This document shows positions 1 through 9,281 of a stretch of DNA of 64,000 nt, one piece after another; position 1 is the first letter of the stretch, and the number at the start of each line of letters is the position of its first letter. The position numbers and the translations under genes were made by a program. Source of the stretch: Porphyridium purpureum (taxonomy: Eukaryota); NCBI GenBank assembly GCA_008690995.1, contig VRMN01000013.1, positions 186,001 to 250,000 on the forward strand. Reading direction: 5' to 3'. The notes beneath the pieces were generated by a model, which saw only the letters and a list, made by a program, of their open reading frames with translations, was not told the DNA's origin and ran no database searches.

Positions 1-1122
1 TACTTCCTCGCGTGTCCACCGCACAATCACCGCGTCCACCGCTTCACCTAGCGCACGTTCAAACGCTGCGCTGTGAGTAGCCTCACTCTTTCCAACTTTG
101 GCGACGGGCTCATCGTCGCCTTCCATGTTCTGCTCTTTGCGGCCGAGAATGGCCACGTGCATGTTCGTGCAGTTCACTTCGGCATTCACCTTGGCCAGCG
201 CCCGTAACGCGCGCTCGTTTTCTTCTATAGATGAGTCACGCTGAATCAGAAACACAAAGCGCGCCGCAGACGAAAGTGAGTAGAGATTCTGACTGTAGCT
301 TGCTGGTAGCTCAGCCAGTGGCGGTGTCAGCAATGCATTAAGAGACGACACCAAGTTTGTCTCCCCGACCCATGCCGCGACCACAACTGCGAGCGGCTGA
401 TTCAAAGGCTCAATATGGTTTTTGTCCGTCTGCGTCTGCAGTGCGCTGGCTAGAGCGTGAAACACCCGTGCGGCCTGTTGCTTTGCATCCGCCTGTACCG
501 AAAGGTCTTCGAATGAACGACCTACACTGCGCGCGCTTGTACTTGTCCACTCGCTTATCTCATCGCGGAGACGCACGCCAGCCAGTTGGTGATCTGGATC
601 TTCGTCGTGCAAGTCTCTGATTGTCGCGTACGTGACGCCAAAGGCCGGCGCGGCTGGGCGAGGCCTGAAGTCTTGAACCGGAGGATTCGGTGATGACGAG
701 CCGCCTTGCAGATGATTGCTCTTAGCAGCCAATGCAATGGCCTTTCGTGGCAAAGGCTGCGGCGACAATGGCGCGTCGATCTCAAATGCTGCACGCGGAA
801 TGGTTCCGTGCCGATCTTCTCCGAGCTCGCCCTTTTCCTGATGCAGAAGTGTCATGCCTCCCGCGTCCATCGATGACACCGATTGCACGGGAGTCCTCGC
901 TGAGCCTTCCGTAGCCCCGTGCTCACGCAACGCCTCATGCCGTCGCGGCGTGAGCTTGTTTTCGCCGCATTGCTGCTCGAGCTGCCGATGCTGGAGCGCG
1001 CGCCCCAGCGACGTCCAGCGCCCACCAGACGCCTCACGAACCAGCAAGTCGCACGCCGGCGTTGAGCGCACCAGCACACGCACCCGCCGCGCGGCTACGC
1101 GAATCCCATGCCCATCGTCCAT
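1..1122 (-). CDS. Partial protein (>374 aa, runs off the left edge); possible degenerate kinesin motor-homology domain
   Basis: Hand translation: ATG at 1122 with no stop down to base 1, which is why the ORF track misses it. Contains IRVAARRVRVLVR, GTIPRAAFEI, GVTYATIRDL and LNALL..P.L...SSIEENERALRAL, echoing kinesin motor motifs in the right order, but no GxxGxGKT P-loop. The ORF is solid; the kinesin call is weak. Confidence 0.6.
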   Translation of the reverse strand, partial: MDDGHGIRVAARRVRVLVRSTPACDLLVREASGGRWTSLGRALQHRQLEQQCGENKLTPRRHEALREHGATEGSARTPVQSVSSMDAGGMTLLHQEKGELGEDRHGTIPRAAFEIDAPLSPQPLPRKAIALAAKSNHLQGGSSSPNPPVQDFRPRPAAPAFGVTYATIRDLHDEDPDHQLAGVRLRDEISEWTSTSARSVGRSFEDLSVQADAKQQAARVFHALASALQTQTDKNHIEPLNQPLAVVVAAWVGETNLVSSLNALLTPPLAELPASYSQNLYSLSSAARFVFLIQRDSSIEENERALRALAKVNAEVNCTNMHVAILGRKEQNMEGDDEPVAKVGKSEATHSAAFERALGEAVDAVIVRWTREEV

Positions 1123-1188
1123 ACCACCTTTCCGGCATGCTCGTCTTGCTCTTTCTCCTCTCACCGCACACCCACCAAAACGCCCTCA

Positions 1189-1247
1189 CAACCGGTTGCG
1201 CCAAACCATCAACCGATATGGAAAACGGTTTCTCATTTTAACCGTTT
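1189..1247. promoter_or_regulatory. Cluster of MYB/MSA-like sites in a divergent promoter
   Basis: CAACCGGTTG (1189), CAACCG, AAACGGTT (~1223) and TAACCGTTT (1239) within 60 bp. Confidence 0.5.
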
Positions 1248-1412
1248 GTCATGTTTATACACTTTTTTCTACCTTTTTTCATCTTTTTTTTCATCTTGTG
1301 CGTTTCTGGTCTTTTTCGTTTTTCATCTGGTGCTGGTGTTGAGGAGACGAAGAGAGCGAACAGAGGAGAGAAGAACGGTTTGTCGACGGGTGTTGACGGC
1401 GTGAGAGGAAAG

Positions 1413-2768
1413 ATGGAGGGCTCGGAGGACGCCGACATCGACTCCAAGTACTTTGTTGTGGATGATGAGGGAGAGCCGGGATCGCAGTCGCGCCCGCAAA
1501 CGCAGTCTGCGCAAGTGAGCGCGAACGCGCAGCCACGAAGCGACCGCGCCGCAGATGCTGCGACTCAGCATAAGAGGGCGAGTAGCTCGAATGCTAGTAA
1601 TCCAGAGTTGAAGAAACTTTTGAATCAGTTCGATGCGCTGTTTGATGATCGTGCGCGAGGAGACACCGCAGCTTCGGGAGGCGTTGCCCGCGCAGCGAAC
1701 GGCGGCGAGCACGATGTCAAGGTGAGCGTGCTCGCCGAAATGTTTCCGCATCTGCCACACGACGCCCTGCAGAAGGCTTTGGAAGCTCACTCGGGCTCTG
1801 TTGAGCGTGCGGTAGAGTATCTCCTGACGTTGTCCGGCGCGGGGAATCAAAACGAGACAAACGGCAACCAAGAAGGCGAAAACGATGGTGATGAGGTCGA
1901 CGAGGAGACCAAGGACGCACTGCGTCGTGTGGCACAGATGGAGGCCGATGAGCGTTTGGCAGCACAAATGCAAGAAAAGATAGTGAAGCAAGCATCCATG
2001 TCTGCGAAAGCGCGCTCTCCACAGCCGCCTCGGCAACCTCCTCCGCAACCTCAGGGCCCGCCGTTGTCCATGATTGTGGGTGACGCGGATTGCGTCCATG
2101 CCGAGGCGCTCCGCGTACGCGATGCGTTTGAGCGTGTCCTCACGCAGCATTTGATTGACGGGATCGTGTTCAAGGACTACTCGGGTGCGCAGCAAGCCGC
2201 TGGCTCCGAGGTCAAGTATGCGCTGCAGCGTGTTACAGTGGGTGGCTTCACCATTCATGACACCTTTGGTGGCGCCGAATTCAAGGTGCATCCGGACCGC
2301 ATTGTCGTTGCTATGTCCAGGGTGCGTGTTGCGCTCAATATTGGCCGCTGGAGTTATGAGCGCGCGACCATGCCGCACATCATGGACGAAGGCTCTGCGC
2401 AGGCCGTCCTCGACTCTGTGTTCATGGGACTTGTGCTGGTACCGTTTGCCAAGCACGAGCCGACCGGTTTGTTTCCTTGGAAAGTGTTGCGCGGCGTCGT
2501 AGCCGTTAATGGTGACGTCAATATGAAGTTCCTCGAGTCCAAAGCTGCCGCTCTGTACAATTTGCTTTCTAACTTTTTCCTGGACAAGATCGCGCGCATG
2601 TGCGAAATGGCAGTGCACGATGTGGTTGCCGGGCCTGTCGCGCGCAAGCTCGAGATGCAGCTGTCGCCGACAGACGCAGAAGACGAAGGCCAAGGCCAAG
2701 GCCAAACACGAGATGAAGAGAAGCCGCAGCAGGCCACCGGCACCATTGAGGACCCACATGATATTTAG
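1413..2768 (+). CDS. CUE-domain (ubiquitin-binding) protein with UIM-like helix and C-terminal BPI/LBP(TULIP)-like domain
   Basis: LAEMFPHLPHDALQKALEAHSGSVERAVEYLL matches the CUE MFP...LL pattern. QMEADERLAAQMQE is UIM-like. The beta-rich C-terminus ends in a long helix (SKAAALYNLLSNFFLDKI). Start set at MEGSED. Confidence 0.75.
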   Translation: MEGSEDADIDSKYFVVDDEGEPGSQSRPQTQSAQVSANAQPRSDRAADAATQHKRASSSNASNPELKKLLNQFDALFDDRARGDTAASGGVARAANGGEHDVKVSVLAEMFPHLPHDALQKALEAHSGSVERAVEYLLTLSGAGNQNETNGNQEGENDGDEVDEETKDALRRVAQMEADERLAAQMQEKIVKQASMSAKARSPQPPRQPPPQPQGPPLSMIVGDADCVHAEALRVRDAFERVLTQHLIDGIVFKDYSGAQQAAGSEVKYALQRVTVGGFTIHDTFGGAEFKVHPDRIVVAMSRVRVALNIGRWSYERATMPHIMDEGSAQAVLDSVFMGLVLVPFAKHEPTGLFPWKVLRGVVAVNGDVNMKFLESKAAALYNLLSNFFLDKIARMCEMAVHDVVAGPVARKLEMQLSPTDAEDEGQGQGQTRDEEKPQQATGTIEDPHDI

Positions 2769-3332
2769 TCCAGCTTTGCATGATGCGAGGCGTCGTGCGG
2801 ACAGGACAAACGAACTATGCATGGTACTTGCAGAAAAGATAGGAGAGGGGAGCGATCGGTTTAGTTGGATACGACAAGAGACCCGAGCAAGGCACCATGA
2901 ACTTCAGTACCAAGCCGTCCAAAACTTGCGCTGCTCTTGTGCCGCGTTGCACGTGCGTCCATGTTAGTGATAGTCATATTATCTATCTCCTGCGTCTTGT
3001 GCGCGTGTGCGCAGTCGCATCAGACGAAGCACCCCGCAAGATGTGTTGTTGCATACTGCTCACGTCCACACCCTTGCGAGAAGAAAAAGAAAGAAAGAAA
3101 GAAAAAAAACTCAAGCCCCACCCCTCCCACCCAAAAAAAGAAGAAAACAGAAAAGAAACTCCAACTCCATCCTTCTATCTGTACATCACCACTGTCCCGC
3201 ACACCAGTGCTTCCCCTCTGGACTTGACTTTCTTTTCATTTTCCCTCGGATACTTCCGCAAGCTTTTCTCAATGTGACAAACGCCTTAATAATACATGCC
3301 TGTGGTGGCCTTCCCTCACATCAAGCTTCGCT

Positions 3333-4997
3333 TTAAGGCGAATCATTCCCGCCATCGACCATCACTTCCTGCACCTTGTCACCCAGGTCTGACAAACTTT
3401 TGACTTCATTCAAATAATTGAGAACTTCCTCGTCATGCTTCCACCCAGACGCAGCCATTTCAACCGGCTCTATGGCCGAGTCATTTGAGTCTGAATGGTG
3501 GTCTGCACTTTGGGCCCCACGTCCCGCGGCGGCAATCCCCTCGGCCATCTTGGTGTCTGAGATGAGCAACGCGACGTCAGTGTCATCCTCCTCCTGCAAC
3601 TTTTTAAGCTTATCTTGCCTTTCCTTTGCGAGCTGTTCCGCGGCTGCTGCGGCCATCACTCCAAATTGTCGACCGCTCATCGATGTCAGCAGTGAGCGAT
3701 CAGTCTTGATGCGCGTCATGCGCCCGCCGGCTGAGGAGCTGAGCCACGGATGCTTGAGTGCTTCCTCGGCCGATATGCGCGAACTGGGCTGGGTGGCAAG
3801 CATGCGGCCGATGATATCCTTGGCGTCTTGCGAAATGTCTGCCCACTGTGCGGTGGGGAAGGCGAGTGGCTTGGTCTGCACAGCCTTGCAGTATTCAAAC
3901 TCGGACGGCGCGTCCCACGGCAGCCTCCCAGACAGCATAGCAAACAGAATGATGCCACACGCCCAGATGTCGACCGGTAACGAGTAGCGCTCATTGCGCA
4001 TCTGCTCGGGTGCCATGTAGTACGGTGTGCCGACATACGTCTGCATCGTATTGCTCATGGCCGACTTGCTGCCGCTGCTTGCAGGGTCGCTGTCGCCGTC
4101 CTCGCCCGAGAATGCCGTGCCGAAATCGGTCAGCTTGACTTGCAGCGGCCACGCGCGCTCGACGCACAGAATATTTTCCGGCTTGAGGTCACGATGGCAG
4201 ATGTTTCTGGCGTGGAGGTACTCTACCGCCGACAAAATATCACGGATAATCTGCGACGCGTTCGCCTCACTAAAGTTCTGCTCGGCAGCGATGGCATCAA
4301 ACAGATCGCCCCCGGCCAGAAATTCCATCACAAAGTGCACCTTGCTGCCCGAGTCAAAGATGTTGAAGGTGCGAATGATGTGCGGGTGCTGCAGTTTCTT
4401 CATGACCTCGATCTCGCGCGTAACAAACTCCATTTCCTTCTCCGACATGAATTTCCCGCGCTGGACGGTCTTCACCGCGACTTGCTCACCCGTGAGCAGG
4501 TCGGTGGCCAGCCGCACCTCGCCGTAGGAGCCCACTCCGATGACCTTGCCCAACTTGTAGTACGCCTCGAGATCATTGGTCGCGACGCGCCGGAGCTTGG
4601 CCATCCACTCGGTGGCCTGCGCGACGCTTTCGCACGTGAAGTAGTACTTTCTCCGGTCGCCCTTTGCCTGAATGACAATGTTGTTGCCGGTCTGGTCGAT
4701 CTTTGCGTCGGCGAGGTCGATCTTTTTGCTCTTGGCGGCCTTGCTGCTCTGGCGCGTGGATCTTTTCGCCGCGGACGCCGCAGCCATGCCCGTTCCATCC
4801 GCGTCGTCGCGTGTGTCCTTATCCAGCTTGGACTCGTACATGACGAGCGAGCTCCCCTGCAGGGCCACATAGTTTCGCTTCTTCATGAAGAACAGCCGCT
4901 TCCTATTCTTGTCGACGTAGCCGGACAGCTCGATGGTGGGCCCATACCGCTCATTTCCGGCGCCGCCCGTGTGCATCTGCGTGCCGCCCTTGTCCAT
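3333..4997 (-). CDS. PH-domain CaMK-family Ser/Thr protein kinase
   Basis: PH domain (LSGYVDK...YVALQG...EWMAKL). Kinase motifs GVGSYG, VAVK, HRDLKPEN, DFG, GTPYYMAPE, DIWACG. Start set at MDKGG. Confidence 0.92.
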   Translation of the reverse strand: MDKGGTQMHTGGAGNERYGPTIELSGYVDKNRKRLFFMKKRNYVALQGSSLVMYESKLDKDTRDDADGTGMAAASAAKRSTRQSSKAAKSKKIDLADAKIDQTGNNIVIQAKGDRRKYYFTCESVAQATEWMAKLRRVATNDLEAYYKLGKVIGVGSYGEVRLATDLLTGEQVAVKTVQRGKFMSEKEMEFVTREIEVMKKLQHPHIIRTFNIFDSGSKVHFVMEFLAGGDLFDAIAAEQNFSEANASQIIRDILSAVEYLHARNICHRDLKPENILCVERAWPLQVKLTDFGTAFSGEDGDSDPASSGSKSAMSNTMQTYVGTPYYMAPEQMRNERYSLPVDIWACGIILFAMLSGRLPWDAPSEFEYCKAVQTKPLAFPTAQWADISQDAKDIIGRMLATQPSSRISAEEALKHPWLSSSAGGRMTRIKTDRSLLTSMSGRQFGVMAAAAAEQLAKERQDKLKKLQEEDDTDVALLISDTKMAEGIAAAGRGAQSADHHSDSNDSAIEPVEMAASGWKHDEEVLNYLNEVKSLSDLGDKVQEVMVDGGNDSP

Positions 4998-5733
4998 CTC
5001 TGGCGCCCCTCCTCCGAAATCAACCCCCGTCACCACCCAGCTCAGCCGCGCTGCAAGTTGCACGGCGCGACGCAAGACGCCTGCCAGCCAACCACCAGCC
5101 ACCAGCACGTCAATCCTTGCGCGCGAGATTCTCCGAGTGCCACGCCGCTTCTTCCGCCAGTACCCACGCAAGCGATTAATTCCACACATACACAACCCGC
5201 CGGCGCGTGCGTGACGTCTCCTCCCACCCTTCCCCCTTCCTCCTTCCTTCTCCCTCCTCCCTCCTCTCTCTCTCTCTCTCTTTCCGTGTCTCGATTTCAC
5301 GGCAACACGCGCACGTGTGAGAGCGCGGACTGACACCGCGTACTCAAACCACGCCATTCTACTATCACGCCCCCACTGCATCGGAGGATCCCACCCCAAC
5401 CCCAACATACAAACGCGCAAAACACTCAGAACCCAAGTCGTTTCGGTTCGTTTGGTTCGTTTTGTCGGCTGTGTGTATGACGGAGCGGTTTTGGTTCGGG
5501 TTTCGGCGGTTTCGGGGGTTTCGGTCCGCAGGTTATTTTTGGAACGCGCGCGTGCGCCAGTGCCAAACGCAGTCCCAAGGGAGAAGCCGCACGCGAACAC
5601 GCACTGCGCCGCCGGATGTCACGATGGATGCGTTGGATCGGAGGTGAGACATAGAGACAGGGCGGCTAGGGTGGTACGCCGCAAGGCGTCTGCGCGAACA
5701 AGGCGCGCGGTTCCTGATGGATTCCCTGCGCAG

Positions 5734-5758
5734 CACACACACACACACACACACACAC
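5734..5758. repeat. (CA)n microsatellite
   Basis: About 12 CA units upstream of the kinase gene. Similar (CA)n/(CT)n tracts lie near 5260-5280, 27771-27786 and 36920-36945, all in 5' regions. Confidence 0.95.
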
Positions 5759-6180
5759 GCAGGACCGCAAGTTTACGTGAAAGCAGGTAGGGACCTGCCT
5801 CTGGCTCGAGCGTGGCGACCGGCGCCGGACGCGCCGGCAACCGACAGCAGTGTATAAAGGCTCAACGGCGATCAAGTTGATGCACAGACGAGGGCGATGC
5901 GACCTCGTCTTTCATGGGATGCACAGCAACAACACCGCCACCAACAACACGCTTGCAGAGATCAGAAGGGAGGCGGAAGCTTGTATCAAAAAGGTAGCAA
6001 ACTAGAGGGAGCGCGCACAAGGGATGTTGTTGGGACAAGGCGGATTGGATGGCAATTAGAACACGGGCGGGACATGGCGCGGAGGTTAAAAACGCGTGAA
6101 AGAATTGTTAGAATAAAGATGATGGGTGGGGGAGGTACAGTTATGCGCTAGATGGGTTCGATGCGGTGGGGGCATTGGTG

Positions 6181-7342
6181 TCATGCGTGGAGGCCAGAGT
6201 ACGCGCGCAGCAGGAACGCGCGGCGGCGAGCGAGCGCTGCGTAGAGCATGTGGTCCAGGCAGAGGCTCGCGTACACCGCGCGCTTGACGGGCTCGGAGCG
6301 GATCTCGGACAGCGGCAGCAGCGCCTTGTACATCGCCGCCGCGCTCGCGCTGCGGCTCGCTGAACAGGTTCAGCCCCGGCACAGCTCGAACACCCGGTTG
6401 AATGACGCAAAGTCGTGGTGCAGGCGGTAGCTCTGGAATACCAGTCGTAGCGCTGCACGTACGCATCGATCCGTCGCTGGTACGCCGCGCGCAGGGCAGG
6501 TTCCGCGCGCTGAAGCCCGTATTCACTTCGATCGCGGCACAGTCAACGCTCGAGCCCTCGCGCGAGCCAAAGTGGTAGTCAAAGTTGTTGTTCTTGCCCT
6601 GTATCTCAATGAAGCGCACCAGGTTGGCGACCGTGAAAAACTCACGCTCAGTCTCCAGCCGATTATGGTGGACTTCAAAAAAAAGCGAAACCACCTGCGA
6701 ATACGGGCTCCGCATGCTCGTCAGCAGCACTATTTCGTCCCCGTCCCCGTCCCTGCTGCCGCCATCTTGGTGCTCCTTGGATCGTAGCTGTGAAAACATT
6801 TGCAGCTTGGCTGCGCTCAGCTGGATGTGCCAACCCCAGAACTTGATCGTCTTGGCCAGCGCGCGCGCGGTACCGCTTTCTTTGTCCTGATCCTTCACCA
6901 GCAGCACCTGTTTGTCGAGGTCCTCGCCCACGCGAGCGGCACCGTGCGTGCTTTCAAACAGCGCGCGCAGCTGCGTGTAAATCGAGGTCGAGCCTTGCTT
7001 GAGCGGCTTGTTGTAGATCACTGCAGTGGTACTGTCCTTGATGGGATTTTCCCCATCGGCGTAAACGAATCTGCACATGGACGCGCGCACGCTGCTTGGC
7101 AGAAGCTCCTGCGCTTCAGCGTCAGACGCTGCAGGTTGGGACGACGCCACGCACGCCTCGAGCTTGCACGCGTCCGGCTCGGCGCGCTCATACCGTCCGG
7201 CAAACTTGAACTCGCGCGATTCTGGATCTTCCCACCCAATGCAGTAGGGCGGGCGCGTGGCTTTGCGCGCTTCAGCGCACATGTTCCTAGAAAACCAGAC
7301 TACACATGCCATCCACAGCAACTGCCCGCATTTCGCCCACAT
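6181..7342 (-). CDS. Golgi-type carbohydrate sulfotransferase-like protein, frameshifted near the 3' end
   Basis: N-terminal hydrophobic anchor (MWAKCGQLLWMACVVWF), 5'-PSB-like YNKPLKQGSTSI and 3'-PB-like LTSMRSPYSQVVSLF. A natural-looking C-terminus (MYKALLPLSEIRSEPVKRAVYASLCLDHMLYAALARRRAFLL...*) lies in another frame at 6181-6369. Confidence 0.6.
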
Positions 7343-7598
7343 ACTGGCGCGCAGCGGATACACGCGGCTCAACGCCCTCGCCGTTTCTCTAGTGCCAGGG
7401 TGGCTGGTCGGCTTCTCCTGCTCGGACGAGATCCCCTGTTGCGCAGTCGAGTCGCGGGCGTCGCTTCGTGTGCTGTTTGTTCCGAATCCAGACGGTGCGT
7501 GAGTAGCAGTGTAGGTGCGCGGTGCGGCGTGCGGCTCGCTCTGGTTTGCCACCAGCCGACAGAAACCTCACACACGCTCGACAGGGTGAATCGAGGTC

Positions 7599-8495
7599 AT
7601 GGCAGGAAGTGTCGACGCGCGTCACAAAGTGGTGTTAGTGACGGGATGCAGCGCAGATGGCATTGGCGCGGCACTGTGTGACGTGTTTTTGGAGGCGCAG
7701 TGCGGATACCATGTGGTCGCAACGGCGCGCAACCCGGAAAAGATCAAGCTGAGAGCGGCGGCAGCGGGCACTGAGAACAACAAGGATGCCGAGTGGACTG
7801 CGCTGCGCATGGACGTCACGGATGCGGCGTCCGTGGAACAGTGTGTGGCAGAGGTGATGGAAAAGTATGGGCGCATCGACATTGTCGTGAATAATGCCGG
7901 CATGACAATGATTGGAACAGTGGCCGAGACGCCGCTGGAGGATATGCAAAACGTGTTTGACACGAACGTGTATGGCGCGATCCGTGTCATCCAGGCCGTG
8001 GCACCACACATGAAAAAGCAGCGGTCCGGGCTGATTGTGAACGTCTCCTCGATTGTGTCTGAGCTCGCGACGCCGTTCTCCGGGACGTACTGCGCGACCA
8101 AATCCGCGCTAAACGCGTTTTCCGACGCGCTGCGGATGGAAATGAAGCCGTTCGGCATCAAGGTTCTGGTCGTCCTTCCCGGGGCGATTCGCTCCAACTT
8201 TTCCAACAACATTGTCGCGCACGCCAAGATTGCGCGCAGCACGTGGTACACGATGACGACGTTGGAACGTCGCGCGCAGGCGTCGCAGCGCAGCAACCCG
8301 ACGCCTGCGCACGACTTCGCGCAGCTCATGCTCCCGCAAATCGAAAAGTGCCACGCGACCGGGTCACCGTCATACGTTCGAGCGGGCTCCCTGTCCACGA
8401 TGTTCCTTGTCTGGAAACACCTGCCGCGCGCGCTCACGGACGCGCTTTTCGACAAGCACAACGGCGTGTCCGAGTCGGCCATTCTGCCGAACTGA
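7599..8495 (+). CDS. Short-chain dehydrogenase/reductase (AYR1-like 1-acyl-DHAP reductase type)
   Basis: VLVTGCSADGIG Rossmann motif, NNAG, catalytic YCATK, LRMEMKPFGIKV. Confidence 0.9.
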   Translation: MAGSVDARHKVVLVTGCSADGIGAALCDVFLEAQCGYHVVATARNPEKIKLRAAAAGTENNKDAEWTALRMDVTDAASVEQCVAEVMEKYGRIDIVVNNAGMTMIGTVAETPLEDMQNVFDTNVYGAIRVIQAVAPHMKKQRSGLIVNVSSIVSELATPFSGTYCATKSALNAFSDALRMEMKPFGIKVLVVLPGAIRSNFSNNIVAHAKIARSTWYTMTTLERRAQASQRSNPTPAHDFAQLMLPQIEKCHATGSPSYVRAGSLSTMFLVWKHLPRALTDALFDKHNGVSESAILPN

Positions 8496-8944
8496 ACATG
8501 GCACCGCAGCTGCGTTCCCAAGATCGTGAGCGTGAAGGATCAGTCTGGCACGATCATTTTCCGTGGATTGAGGCCTGCGGCAAGACGCAGGAGCCGTGAC
8601 AAAGTCGGCGGCAAACATACAGCCTCAGTGATCACCGCATCTGGCGCTGCTGAGCGCCACTCGCCGCCATCGGTCTCGACGCACCGCGGGTCGATAAAAC
8701 CTATGCCCAAATACACAACGCAGATGCCAGTCCAACATTTCCAGTTTCAGCGAGCGTGTGAGCCGACGAAAGAGCGACGCGTCCAGCGCCCTGCATTCAT
8801 CCTTGAGTATTCAGCGTAGGTATTCTGTCGAGCGTACTGATCCTTCTCGCCGTGCGCAGCACAGCACCGCCATCACCACCGTGGCCAGCCCTTCCGCCAC
8901 ATGACGCTGGCTCTACCAATCGCATGGCCTGCTCCCCCTTGGAC

Positions 8945-9053
8945 AAACGGTTGCAACTTCCCTATAACAGCGGGGATTAACCGCGCGCGGCTCAAGCCGT
9001 TAAACCGAACCGATAGCCGCGAATGGATTATTTTAATGAAATATTAATTTAAA
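8945..9053 (+). promoter_or_regulatory. MYB/MSA-like site cluster plus AT-rich core (CHR-like TTTAAA) upstream of WEE1
   Basis: AAACGGTT (8945), GGATTAACCGCGC (8974), GCCGTTAAACCGAACCG (~8996-9012), TTTAAA (9048). Confidence 0.55.
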
Positions 9054-9281
9054 TCCTTGCGTGAGCGCGCGGCATTTGGACGGCTGGAGTCGGACTTAGT
9101 CGACAGCGGGGAGGTGGTGGAAGAGGGTTGCACGCGAGTGGAACAGCAGCGGCGCGCGGTGGCGGCTGCGGGGCGATGCGCACGAGCGAGTCGGGAACGC
9201 GCGGCGCGCCGGTCCGCAGCGGCAGCTGTCGCTGCGGGAGCGCGCGCCCGGCGTGCGCCCTGGGAAGTGGATGAGCATGAG

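Noticed and set aside
1323..2822. Long antisense ORFs (for example 1323-2822, 7622-8521, 4140-5333, 32636-33562, 47256-47966)
   Set aside because: Shadow ORFs opposite real genes in GC-rich DNA, with no domain motifs.
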